Part shown: positions 27,686-36,859 of the stretch, piece by piece
How positions within the stretch are numbered: position 1 is the stretch's first letter
Layout of the letters: the number at the start of each line of letters is the position of its first letter
Assembly: GCA_963662615.2 (NCBI GenBank)
Contig: CAXXSR010000001.1
Coordinates: forward strand, 576,001 to 640,000
Origin: Dehalococcoidia bacterium
Lineage (GTDB): Bacteria; Chloroflexota; Dehalococcoidia; Bin125
Reading direction: 5' to 3'
DNA length: 64,000 nucleotides
Notes under the pieces: model-generated
Seen by the model: only the letters and a program-made list of their open reading frames with translations
Databases searched by the model: none
What the model was told of the DNA's origin: nothing
Program-made: the position numbers and the translations under genes

Positions 27686-28477
27686 CTAGTACTGCTGCGC
27701 CTCGGCCATCTCCCGCGGCGCCCACTCCAGCGAGTTGATGCTCGCCTTCGCCGCCATGGAGATGAAGCCCGCGTCCGACGACAGCGCGATCCATTTGAAG
27801 CCCTCGTCAATGCGCTGATTGACGGCATCGGCGGAGGCGCAATGGATGCCGGGCGGCACGCCGTGGCGTTCGCAGCCCTCGCGAATCGCGGTCACCGCCG
27901 CCACGTGATCCGGGTGTGCATTGTCCAGGCCCAGCGGCAGCCCCATCGACGCCGCCAGGTCGTTGGGGCCAATGAAGACGGCGTCAATGCCCGGCACGCT
28001 CAGGATCTCGTCCACGTCCTCCACGGCCTTGATCGTCTCCAGCATCAGCACCACGCAGATCTCTTCGTTGGCGCGCTCGGCGTAATCCGGTCCGCCGTAG
28101 AGGCGGCCGCGCATGGTCCCCATGCCGCGGTAGCCGTCGGGCGGATAGCGGCAGGCGCCCACGGCGCGCTCCGCCTCCTCCTTGCTCTGCACCGTGGGGA
28201 TCACGACCCCGTACGCCCCGATGTCCAGCGCCCGCTTGATGATCTGTGGATCGTTCCAGGGGACGCGTGCGAAGGGGATCGTGGGCGTGGTGCCGACGGC
28301 ATGGAAGAGCGACTGCAGTTGATTCAGATCGATGGCGTTGTGCTCCATGTCCACGTTCAGCCAGTCGAAGCCCTGATGCGCCAGCAGCTCCGCGGCCAGC
28401 GGGCTGCCCGTCGACAGCCACGTGCCGACGCTTGGCGTTCCCTCTTTGATCTTGTGCTTGACCACGTTCCTGCGCAT
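27686..28477 (-). CDS. HpcH/HpaI aldolase family protein
   Basis: GFDWLNVDMEH, IKRALDIGA, YPPDGYRG and FIGPNDL. Confidence 0.92.
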   Translation of the reverse strand: MRRNVVKHKIKEGTPSVGTWLSTGSPLAAELLAHQGFDWLNVDMEHNAIDLNQLQSLFHAVGTTPTIPFARVPWNDPQIIKRALDIGAYGVVIPTVQSKEEAERAVGACRYPPDGYRGMGTMRGRLYGGPDYAERANEEICVVLMLETIKAVEDVDEILSVPGIDAVFIGPNDLAASMGLPLGLDNAHPDHVAAVTAIREGCERHGVPPGIHCASADAVNQRIDEGFKWIALSSDAGFISMAAKASINSLEWAPREMAEAQQY

Positions 28478-28680
28478 GGGATCGCTCCGCCTTCCCTGAC
28501 TCGGAATGATGGTCCGTCTCTGCGGGTCGCTGCCTTGACCGGCGCGCCGCGCGCCCGCGCGGAATCCGGATTGCGGCGCGGGCGCCGGAGGGCAGTCTAG
28601 CACCCGCCGGGCCGGCCGACGGCGTCGCGCAACATGGGGCGGGCACCGTTGCCGAGGAGGGGTGGCGTGCGGGAGCGGGG

Positions 28681-29478
28681 CTAGGCGACGCTGTCGCGGC
28701 GCTCCTTGCGGTCGCGCAGCTTGGCGGCGTAGAGGTCGCGGTCGGCGGCAATGAGGGCGCTGTCGGCGTCGGCATGGTCGGCCAGCAGCGCCGTCCCAAC
28801 GCTGAGCGAAAGCCGCGCCTCCCGCCCCTGGGCATCCGTGTACACCGGCTTCCAGGGCGCGGCGCTCCGGATCCGTGCCGCCAACTGGCGAACGCCCTCG
28901 GCGCCCGCCCGGCGGACGATCACAGCGAACTCATCCCCCCCCAATCGCGTGGGCAGGTCCGATTCCCGCGTCTCCTCTCGCAGCACGCGTGCGACCCGCA
29001 CCAGCGCCATGTCCCCGACATGGTGACCGAACGTGTCATTGATCTGCTTGAAGAGGTCCACGTCAATCAGCAAGAGCGCGTCTCCGGCGCCCTCGGGACG
29101 GTGCCGTTGGTCCGCCATCGCTCCGTCCAGCGCCCGCACAAAGGTGTAGCGGTTCGCCAGCCCCGTGAGCCGGTCCGTGGTGGCGTCTCGCTCGAACGTC
29201 GCCGCTTGCCGCCGCAGCGCCGCGATGATCTGGGACAGCCGCCTCGTGGAGCGGCGCTGGGCGCGGCGCGAGAGGTAGTGCGAACACGCCGCCCCGGCGA
29301 CGACCGCAGCCGCGGCGATGGGGAGGTGCAGCGTGTCGCTGGGGACGCCGTCCAGGACCACGAAGGCGGCAACGGGGATCCAGATCCCATGCCGGAGCAG
29401 CGCGCGCAGACGAGCCGCCACGCTGCGCGCGGGGAAAGGCACTGCCACTAAGCGCGGCACAGCCTTCAGGCGCGGCAC
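28681..29478 (-). CDS. Membrane-anchored diguanylate cyclase (GGDEF)
   Basis: DRLTGLANR, DVDLFKQINDTFGH, RxxD I-site (RESD) and RLGGDEF. Confidence 0.9.
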   Translation of the reverse strand: MPRLKAVPRLVAVPFPARSVAARLRALLRHGIWIPVAAFVVLDGVPSDTLHLPIAAAAVVAGAACSHYLSRRAQRRSTRRLSQIIAALRRQAATFERDATTDRLTGLANRYTFVRALDGAMADQRHRPEGAGDALLLIDVDLFKQINDTFGHHVGDMALVRVARVLREETRESDLPTRLGGDEFAVIVRRAGAEGVRQLAARIRSAAPWKPVYTDAQGREARLSLSVGTALLADHADADSALIAADRDLYAAKLRDRKERRDSVA

Positions 29479-29647
29479 GGCGGTGGCTCCGTCCGTGGCT
29501 GGAAGCCGACCCAGCGGATCTTCATCCTGTGATTATCGGCGGCCGCGCTCCCCATCAACAGAGAGCGCTTCGCGGGGGGGGCTTGGCGGCTGCCCAGGCG
29601 GCGGACGCTTCCGGGGGACCCGTCTCCCAACGGCGACGGGTGGCTCG

Positions 29648-31279
29648 CTACGTCCCGGCCTGCGCCTGCGCCTCCACGGCGCCGCCCGTGGGCGCCGGCC
29701 TAACGGCGCGGCCGCGCGGGAAGATGACGAAGCGACGCTGCAGCTCCGCTTCGTAGTCCTGCACCGCTCGATCGCGCTGCGCGTCCGTCCACCCCAGGCG
29801 CGCCTGCATGATGGCGGCGGTGGCGGGCGCCGCCGCCCGCCCGAGGTCGTGGGTCAGTCCTACGGGCGTGCGGCGCAAGAGCACGTCGCCTACGGTGCGC
29901 GCCCCTTCCTGCTCCACCGCGTACGCCACCTCCGCGCCGATCTCGGCGTGGCAGGGGCTAATCGGCTCCGCCAGCGGCGGCTCCGCCGCCGCGTAGGCCG
30001 CCACGTCGGCGCCGCGTTGGCCGTAGCGCCCGCGCAGATGTTCCAGCGTCTCGGCGGGGAGGAACGAGACGTGTCCCGGTCCGCGGACAGGGAGGTCGCG
30101 GGGACGTCCGCTGCGCGGCGCCGCCCCGATCACGCGTCGCACGGAGCGCGCCGTCGCCTCCCCCAGGCGCGCGCCCGTCGTCAGTTTGCCGCCCACAATG
30201 GAGAGCAGCCGCGCCACGCCTTCTTGCTCGTGGTTGATGATGTACGAGCGCCGACTGATCTCGCCTTCCGAGACGCCGCTGCCTCGATGCGGGAGCGGCC
30301 GCACACCGCTGTAGCTGTAGAGGACGTGCTCCCGGTCCACGCCGATTCCCGGCAGGATGCGCGCGACCTCTGTGAGCAGGTAGTCCACTTCCCATTCCTC
30401 GCAGCGCGCCGCGCCGGGATCGCCGTGGTAGTAGGTGTCGGTGGTGCCAATGAGGTGATGATCGAGCCAGGGGATCGCGAAGATATGCCGACCGTCGGAG
30501 TGGGCGCGGGCGATGATGGCGTGCTGGGGACCGCGACCATCCAGCTGCAGCACCAGGTGCGATCCCTTCGTTCCGCCGATCCGCCGCGTCAGCGCGCGAC
30601 CCGTCAAGGCCAGCACGCCGTCCACCCAGGGACCGGCGGCGTTGATCACCAAGCGCGCGCCGGCGCCGTGCCGCCGGCCTGTCAGGGCATCGTGGAACTC
30701 GACGCCCTGCGCCACGCCTTTGCTCACCACAATGGCGTCCACCAGGCAATAGTTGCGCAGGTCCGCGCCCGCCACCCGAGCCTCGCTGAGGTACTCCATG
30801 CAGAGGCGCTCCGGCATCAGCACCTGCGCGTCATGGAAGAGGAAGGCGGACGTCAAGCCGGCCGTCTGGATGGTGGGTTCTTGACGCTGCAGCTCCCGCG
30901 TGCTGAACGACCGATGCCAGGGTGACACTTTGCGCGGCGAGAGCAGGTCGTAGAGCACGAGGCCGGCGCGAATCACCGCGCCCGGTTGCTGCTCGCCCGC
31001 GTAGACCGGCAGGATGAACGCGAGCGGCTGGACCAGATGGGGGCGTTGGCGCAGCAGCAGCTCCCGCGCCTGCAGCGACTCGTGCACCAGGCCTGGGTCA
31101 CCGCTGGCCAGGTAGCGGAAGCCGCCGTGGATCAACTTCGTGGAGGCGGCCGTGGTGCCGGCGGCGAAGTCGCTCCCTTCCAGCAGCAGGATTCGGTACC
31201 CTTGCCGCGTCAGCGCCGCCGCGACCGCCGCGCCGTTGATCCCCCCGCCAATGATGATGACGTCGTACTCAGGGTTCAC
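29648..31279 (-). CDS. glpD: FAD-dependent glycerol-3-phosphate dehydrogenase
   Basis: IIGGGING, STKLIHGGFRYL, NAAGPWVD, KGSHL, IGTTD, SGVRPL, GGKLTT and DVLLRRT. Confidence 0.9.
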   Translation of the reverse strand: MNPEYDVIIIGGGINGAAVAAALTRQGYRILLLEGSDFAAGTTAASTKLIHGGFRYLASGDPGLVHESLQARELLLRQRPHLVQPLAFILPVYAGEQQPGAVIRAGLVLYDLLSPRKVSPWHRSFSTRELQRQEPTIQTAGLTSAFLFHDAQVLMPERLCMEYLSEARVAGADLRNYCLVDAIVVSKGVAQGVEFHDALTGRRHGAGARLVINAAGPWVDGVLALTGRALTRRIGGTKGSHLVLQLDGRGPQHAIIARAHSDGRHIFAIPWLDHHLIGTTDTYYHGDPGAARCEEWEVDYLLTEVARILPGIGVDREHVLYSYSGVRPLPHRGSGVSEGEISRRSYIINHEQEGVARLLSIVGGKLTTGARLGEATARSVRRVIGAAPRSGRPRDLPVRGPGHVSFLPAETLEHLRGRYGQRGADVAAYAAAEPPLAEPISPCHAEIGAEVAYAVEQEGARTVGDVLLRRTPVGLTHDLGRAAAPATAAIMQARLGWTDAQRDRAVQDYEAELQRRFVIFPRGRAVRPAPTGGAVEAQAQAGT

Positions 31280-31684
31280 TCGAGTCTCTCGCCATCGCGG
31301 GAGGTCCGGCCCCTGCCCCACTGCCGGGCGAGCACTGCGCCGCCGGGCGTGGCCCGACGTTGCGCGCCTGCCCTTGGACGCGACGCGCGGACGTCGGTCG
31401 GGCGCACCTTCGCGGCCGTGCCCCGTCCTTCCCCTGCCGGTCCGCGTCCTCGCCGCGGAACCGCAGGACGCGACGCTCCCCCACGGTGCATGCATCGACG
31501 GTGGCGGCCGTTGCGAGGGACACAGACGGAGAGCGCCGCCTGCACCCGTCGCGGCTGAGAGCAGCGGCCGGGCAGAGCCGCCTGTGCCCCATCGACGTGC
31601 CGCGTGCCTCGCCGGCGCGGGAGGGCGCAGCCTGTCGCCGTGCCTCGGGCGGTGGGACGGTTGGCCGCCCAGGCCGCGGTCGCG

Positions 31685-31783
31685 CTACCCTTCCTCTTCC
31701 CCGCGGCCACGGCGGCCCATAATAAACTTGCCTGCCGCCGCCACCATGGCCAGTAAGGCGCCCATCTTCAGCATCTTTTTCAC
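31685..31783 (-). CDS. 32-aa small peptide MKKMLKMGALLAMVAAAGKFIMGRRGRGEEEG (not in the ORF track)
   Basis: Strong RBS AGAGGAGGGAGA before GTG; basic-hydrophobic-charged architecture; TAG stop. Confidence 0.65.
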   Translation of the reverse strand: MKKMLKMGALLAMVAAAGKFIMGRRGRGEEEG

Positions 31784-31917
31784 GCGGCTCTCCCTCCTCT
31801 TCGCGCTATTCACCCAAACAGCCGCGCCCGCTCGCACTTCGGCGGAGGGACAGTCGGCTGGCTCGAACGGCAGTCTAGCACTCGCTCCGTCGCGTCGGCA
31901 GCCTGGGCGCGGGCGAA

Positions 31918-32535
31918 TTATTCCGCCTGGCCCACCACTGATTCGGGGATGCGAAAGCGGGCGCCGCGGCCAAATGCGTTGGCCTCATACCAGCCATCCG
32001 GCATCTCCACCGTGTAATGATACGGATCCTCCGGCGACACCAGCTCCGGGCTGAACGCCTCCAGGTGCTGAATCTCCAGAATCACGCCGTCCCCATCCAG
32101 GAAGGCGATGTCGAGGTCCAGCGGCGTATCGCGGTTCCAGAACGGGCCGTTCGTCAGCGTCGGAAAGGCGAAGAGCATCCCCGTGTTGGGCGGCAACTCG
32201 GGCCGATGCATCATCCCGCGCCTCCGTCGTTCAAACGTGTCAGCAACCAGCATGCCCAGGGAGACGGCGCGGCCTCCCGGCGCCTCCAGGACCACGTCCG
32301 TGTAACTGAATGCCACCTGCTCCACGCCCTCAGGCAGCTCCAGGTCCGGATTCGCGTCTGCGGGGATGGCGGTCGCCGGTGGCAGGGCGACCGCGACCGT
32401 ATTGGGATCGTTGCTCCCGCTATTGCCACCGCAGGCGAGAGCAAGAGCCGCCACCGCAGCGGCGCCCAGCAACACCAGCGGGGGGCCGGTCCCACGGCCG
32501 TGGAGCAAGCGCCGCCGCCACATCCTTCGCTGCAT
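31918..32535 (-). CDS. DUF192 family lipoprotein
   Basis: LALAC lipobox; VADTFERRRRGMM, GMLFAF and FWNRDTPLDLDIAFLD. Confidence 0.88.
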   Translation of the reverse strand: MQRRMWRRRLLHGRGTGPPLVLLGAAAVAALALACGGNSGSNDPNTVAVALPPATAIPADANPDLELPEGVEQVAFSYTDVVLEAPGGRAVSLGMLVADTFERRRRGMMHRPELPPNTGMLFAFPTLTNGPFWNRDTPLDLDIAFLDGDGVILEIQHLEAFSPELVSPEDPYHYTVEMPDGWYEANAFGRGARFRIPESVVGQAE

Positions 32536-32625
32536 GGCTCATAGGGTAGCGACGGCCCCGGTCCCTGGTGCAACCGTGCGCGCTTCCGGCCTGGCGGGCG
32601 GACGGGCTGGCGCGTCGCGACGCTG

Positions 32626-33432
32626 CTAGGCGGCGATCTGCCCAGCGGGGCGTTTGCGGTAGAAGTTGCCGCCCAGCCGCTCGTAGCCCAGGGCATCGGC
32701 GCCCAAGATGGACTCCGTGGCGCCGATGAAGAGGACGCCGTCCGGCGCCAGCGAGGCGTGGAAGCGGGCCAACAGCTCCTCCTTGACCTCATCCGTGAAG
32801 TAGATAATCACGTTGCGGCAGAGGATCAGATCGAAGCCGCTGTCGAAGCGACCCGTGAGCAAGTTCAGCTCCCGAAACGCCACCTGTCGTCGCAGGCTCG
32901 CAGCGATGTTGTGCCCATTGCCATCCGCCTGGAAGTAGTTTTGCAGGTACGGTGTCGGGACGCTGCGGATGTCGGTTGCAGTGTACGGCCCGCCCTGGCG
33001 CGCCTGCGCCAGCACCTTGCGGTCGATGTCCGTGCCCAGGATGCGGCCGCGCGGCCGGATCCCCAGCTCGGCAAGCAAGATCGCCACCGTGTAGACCTCG
33101 CCGCCGATCGAGCAGCCGGCGCTCCAGATCTTCGGGCTCCGCGCAGCCGTGGCGATCTGGGGCAGCACCGTGCGCTGCAGCTCCCGCCACTGCGCGGGGT
33201 CGCGGAAGAACTCGGTCACGTTGATGGTGAGCATGTCGCGCAGCTCCTCCCGCAGGGTGGCATCCCGCGCGACGTGCGAGGCGAAAGCGGCGGCGCCGGC
33301 GAAGCCGCGCCGGCTGATGAACGCGTCCAGCCGGCGACGCACCTGGACCGGCTTGTAGTCGTTGAGATTCAGCCCCAACAGCGATTCAATGCGGGCCTTG
33401 AGGAGGGTGAAGTCACGATCGTCCAGGGCCAT
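32626..33432 (-). CDS. cheR: CheR-type protein-glutamate methyltransferase
   Basis: TINVTEFFRD, IWSAGCSIGGEVYT, GTDID and FDLILCRNVIIYF. Confidence 0.92.
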   Translation of the reverse strand: MALDDRDFTLLKARIESLLGLNLNDYKPVQVRRRLDAFISRRGFAGAAAFASHVARDATLREELRDMLTINVTEFFRDPAQWRELQRTVLPQIATAARSPKIWSAGCSIGGEVYTVAILLAELGIRPRGRILGTDIDRKVLAQARQGGPYTATDIRSVPTPYLQNYFQADGNGHNIAASLRRQVAFRELNLLTGRFDSGFDLILCRNVIIYFTDEVKEELLARFHASLAPDGVLFIGATESILGADALGYERLGGNFYRKRPAGQIAA

Positions 33433-33564
33433 GCCGGGCCTCCTGCTCTCGTGCCATCATCGACATGAGGGTGCCGGCCCCTAAGGGGCTGATCGGGTCG
33501 CGGCCGCCGTTTTGGCCGGCTGCGCAGGGCGGATTGGTACACTCGCCGGGGGCGTCGGCGTCGC

Positions 33565-33637
33565 GGGCCCGTAGCTCAGGGGTCAGAGCAGGCGGCTCAT
33601 AACCGCTCGGTCGAAGGTTCGAATCCTTCCGGGCCCA
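33565..33637 (+). tRNA. tRNA with CAT anticodon, most likely tRNA-Ile2 (lysidine)
   Basis: GGGCCCG/CGGGCCC acceptor stem, TAGCTCAG D-arm, GCGG-CTCATAA-CCGC anticodon arm, GGTTCGAATCC T-arm. No C1:A72 mismatch and no three consecutive G-C pairs in the anticodon stem, so not initiator. CCA is not encoded. Confidence 0.92.
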
Positions 33638-33687
33638 CCGGCCCCCAGCGCGGGCTGCGAGGATGTGGAGAAGGGGGAGTGCGCCAG

Positions 33688-34290
33688 ATGGCCGCGGCGG
33701 AGCTGTGGGAGGTCATCCGTGTCGCCGTCGCGCGACACTGGGTGCGCCACATCGACGTCGCGGCGCGAGCGCAGGCCGCCGTGTTGCTTCCCATCCTGGC
33801 CTTTGAGTCCGGGCCCCGCGTCCTCTTCACGCGCCGCAGCGCGACGGTGGAGCATCACCAAGGCGAGATCTCGTTTCCCGGCGGCGTTGTTGACCCCCAA
33901 GACCGCGACCTGCGCTCTACCGCCCTCCGCGAGGCGCAGGAAGAGGTGGGCATTGCTCCCGCGGACGTCGACGTGCTGGGCCCGCTCAGCCACCACGTCA
34001 CCCGCTCCGGCTTCCACGTGAGCCCGTACGTGGGCATCGTTCAGCCGGCGCCCTACGCTTACCGGCTGCGCAGGGAAGAAGTGGCGGAGGTGTTGGAGGT
34101 GCCGCTGGGCCACCTCCTTGATTCGCGCAACGCGGAGCGGTACGAGCGCCAGCGCGATGGCGAACGCGTGGTGGCGCTCGCCTACCGCTGGAACGGCCGT
34201 CGCATTCATGGGGCCACGGCCGCCATCCTCCACTCGTTTTTGGTGGAGGTCGCGAAGCAGCTCGGCGATCAGCGCTCGTCGCCGGACTGA
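33688..34290 (+). CDS. CoA pyrophosphatase (NudL-like Nudix)
   Basis: AAVLLP, HQGEISFPGG, ALREAQEEVG and IHGATAAIL. Confidence 0.9.
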   Translation: MAAAELWEVIRVAVARHWVRHIDVAARAQAAVLLPILAFESGPRVLFTRRSATVEHHQGEISFPGGVVDPQDRDLRSTALREAQEEVGIAPADVDVLGPLSHHVTRSGFHVSPYVGIVQPAPYAYRLRREEVAEVLEVPLGHLLDSRNAERYERQRDGERVVALAYRWNGRRIHGATAAILHSFLVEVAKQLGDQRSSPD

Positions 34291-34676
34291 TCGCGTCCCG
34301 GCCCGGCACTCACCATCATCACGCGACCGTTCGTCGCCACGAACAGCATGCCGCCGCCGGCCAGCCGGAAGATCACCTCCACGCCGTCGATGATCTCGGT
34401 CTCCGCGATCCCCTTGGCCACCCAGGCGTGCGGGCCGCAGGTGACGTCGGCGCGGGCCAGCGACGGCCAGCAGACCAGGCGGACGGTGCCGCTCGGCCCC
34501 CGATGGGTCAGGGCGTAGGCGGGCTCGCCCGGCTGCGGGGCGTACGGCTCTTCCACCGCCACCACGCCGAAGAGCGCCGCAATCCCCTCCACGGCGGCCT
34601 GGGGCAGCCCCGCGTACCGACGCCGGGCGCCGGCGGCCGGCGGGGCCGGCCGGCCCTCCGCGGCGGCCTCAGGCAT
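34269..34676 (-). CDS. Hypothetical protein
   Basis: Overlaps the rarA stop; plausible composition; no family recognised. Confidence 0.6.
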   Translation of the reverse strand: MPEAAAEGRPAPPAAGARRRYAGLPQAAVEGIAALFGVVAVEEPYAPQPGEPAYALTHRGPSGTVRLVCWPSLARADVTCGPHAWVAKGIAETEIIDGVEVIFRLAGGGMLFVATNGRVMMVSAGPGRDQSGDER

Positions 34677-36105
34677 CGCGGTGCTTCGGGCCCGGCGCGG
34701 CCTGGCCCGCCGTCCGCCCTTCCGGGGGCGCCGCGGCCCGCCGCGGAGGCGCGCGCTCCTCGCGCGCGGGGCGCCCGGCGGCCAGGTCCGGTTCTCGGCC
34801 CCTGGAGCCGGGCTCGTAGTAGCGACGCCCCACCAGCGTCGCCGGCAGGTGCGTCTGCTCCGGCGCGCGCTGCTCGTCGTAGTCGTGCGCGTTCTGGTAG
34901 CCCGCTCCGTACCCCAGCGACCGCATCAGCCCCGTGACCGCATTGCGCAGGTGCAGCGGCACCGGCAGGTCGCCGTGCTCGCGCACGTCCGCCTGCGCGC
35001 GCCCATAAGCGGTCAAGGCGGAATTGCTCTTCGGCGCCAGCGCCAGATACACGGTGGCTTCCGCCATGGGCAGATAGCCCTCCGGCAGCCCAATGAAGTG
35101 GACCGCCTGCTGTGCCGCGACGGCGATGCCAAGCGCCTGTGGCTCCGCCAGCCCCACGTCCTCCGCCGCCAGGATGACCATGCGCCGCATAATAAAAAGC
35201 GGATCCTCGCCGGCCTCGATCATCCGCGCCAGCCAGTACAGCGCCGCGTCGGGATCGGAGCCGCGCACCGACTTGATGAAGGCCGAAATGGCGTCGTAGT
35301 GGGCGTCGCCGGCCTTGTCGTAATCGAGCCGCCGTTCCACGACGCGCTCCACCGCCTCGACGCTCACCACGCCCGCGCCGTCCGCGCCCGCGGCGTCCTG
35401 CACGCACAGCTCCAGGCTATTCAGCGCGGCGCGAGCATCGCCGCCGCTGAGCCCGGCCAGCGCTGCCAGCGCCGCCTCCTCGACTCGGACGTCCATTTGC
35501 CCCAAGCCACGCTCGTTGTCATGGAGCGCGCGTTCCAGCAGCAGGCGCACCGCTTCGGGCTCCAGCCGGCGCAGCGTGAAGACACGCGAGCGCGACAGCA
35601 ACGGCGCGATCACCTCAAACGAGGGGTTCTCCGTGGTCGCGCCCACCAGCGTGATGGTGCCGTCCTCCACGGAAGGGAGGACGGCGTCCTGCTGCGCCTT
35701 GTTGAAGCGGTGAATCTCGTCAATGAACAGGATCGTCGGCTGGCCGCCGTCTTGGCCGCGCGCCCGCGCCTCGCGAATCGCCCGTCGCAGGTCCGCGACG
35801 CCGCTGGACACCGCCGAGAACTGCTCGAAGTGCGACGCCGTCTCCCCCGCGATGATCCGCGCCAGCGTCGTCTTCCCGCTTCCCGGTGGGCCCCAGAAGA
35901 TGCTCGACGGCACCGCGTCCGTCTCGATCGCCCGCCGCAACGGACGCCCCGGCCCCACCAGCGGCTCTTGCCCCACAAACTCCGCCAGGCCGCGGGGGCG
36001 CATGCGCGCGGCCAGCGGCGCGCGCGGATCAATCGCATCGAGCGAGTCAAACAGGCTCGGGCCGCCGGACCGGCGGCGACGGCTGGACCCGCTCCCTGCC
36101 GCCAT
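34669..36105 (-). CDS. rarA: Replication-associated recombination protein A
   Basis: PLAARMRP, WGPPGSGKTTLA, DEIHRFNKAQQD, TTENPSFE and SAFIKSVRGSDPDA. Confidence 0.95.
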   Translation of the reverse strand: MAAGSGSSRRRRSGGPSLFDSLDAIDPRAPLAARMRPRGLAEFVGQEPLVGPGRPLRRAIETDAVPSSIFWGPPGSGKTTLARIIAGETASHFEQFSAVSSGVADLRRAIREARARGQDGGQPTILFIDEIHRFNKAQQDAVLPSVEDGTITLVGATTENPSFEVIAPLLSRSRVFTLRRLEPEAVRLLLERALHDNERGLGQMDVRVEEAALAALAGLSGGDARAALNSLELCVQDAAGADGAGVVSVEAVERVVERRLDYDKAGDAHYDAISAFIKSVRGSDPDAALYWLARMIEAGEDPLFIMRRMVILAAEDVGLAEPQALGIAVAAQQAVHFIGLPEGYLPMAEATVYLALAPKSNSALTAYGRAQADVREHGDLPVPLHLRNAVTGLMRSLGYGAGYQNAHDYDEQRAPEQTHLPATLVGRRYYEPGSRGREPDLAAGRPAREERAPPRRAAAPPEGRTAGQAAPGPKHRDA

Positions 36106-36211
36106 GGCGACTGCCCTCAGCCTTCAGTCCCGGCCGTTTCCTCCGGGCTGCGCTCAGCATAGCGGCTGCAGCGGCCGCTTCGGCAGGCCCGCCCGTGGGA
36201 CGCGCGCGCGT

Positions 36212-36835
36212 CTACAGGATTCGGCGTTTGCGGCCTTGGCGCGTGGCCTGCCACCCGCTGTAGAGCGACTCCGCCCGTCCCTGCGCCATCTTCCAATGGC
36301 GGTCCGGCTCCTCGCTCGCCTCCGGGTGCGACCCGAGCCACGCGCCCTCCACCGCCTCCGGGCGCAGCTCGCCCACCATCGCCCCACGGAGCAACGCCGC
36401 CTCCAGGATTTCGAGCGCGGAGGCTCGCGGCACAACCGGCGCCGCCGCCGCCGATCCCGCCGGCTGGAACCGCTGCACGGCCAGGTCTGCGAACCCGAGC
36501 AGCGACTCCACGTCGATCGCTGCGATCGCGTCAAGGATCTCCTGCGTGGCGCGCTTCTCCTCAACGTATCGCTGCGCGGTCGCGGGAACCGGATGGACCT
36601 CGCGTAGCAGCCGCAGGGCGAACTCGTCGCGTCGCTGCGAGAGCAACAGGCAGGACCAGAAGGCAGGGCGTGCCAGATCGGAAAGCTCCCAGCCTGGGTA
36701 GTCACGGGCGACGTCGCGCTGCGCCCGCGGCCGCAGTTGGGTAAGGAAGTCGGTCGCCGCGACCTGGAGAACGGCACGACCGGGGCGGCCCTTGGCTGGG
36801 CGCTCCAGAGCATCGGCGAGGCGTCGCAGGAGCAT
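36212..36835 (-). CDS. Hypothetical protein
   Basis: Co-oriented ORF filling the gap between mutS2 and rarA. Confidence 0.6.
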   Translation of the reverse strand: MLLRRLADALERPAKGRPGRAVLQVAATDFLTQLRPRAQRDVARDYPGWELSDLARPAFWSCLLLSQRRDEFALRLLREVHPVPATAQRYVEEKRATQEILDAIAAIDVESLLGFADLAVQRFQPAGSAAAAPVVPRASALEILEAALLRGAMVGELRPEAVEGAWLGSHPEASEEPDRHWKMAQGRAESLYSGWQATRQGRKRRIL

Positions 36836-36859
36836 GCCGCTACATTCCCGTATGCACAG

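Noticed and set aside
33565-33660. tRNA as an integration site, or as tRNA-Sec/initiator tRNA
   Set aside because: No integrase and no duplicated tRNA 3' end were seen. The CAT anticodon and short variable arm exclude tRNA-Sec, and the paired 1:72 position excludes initiator tRNA.
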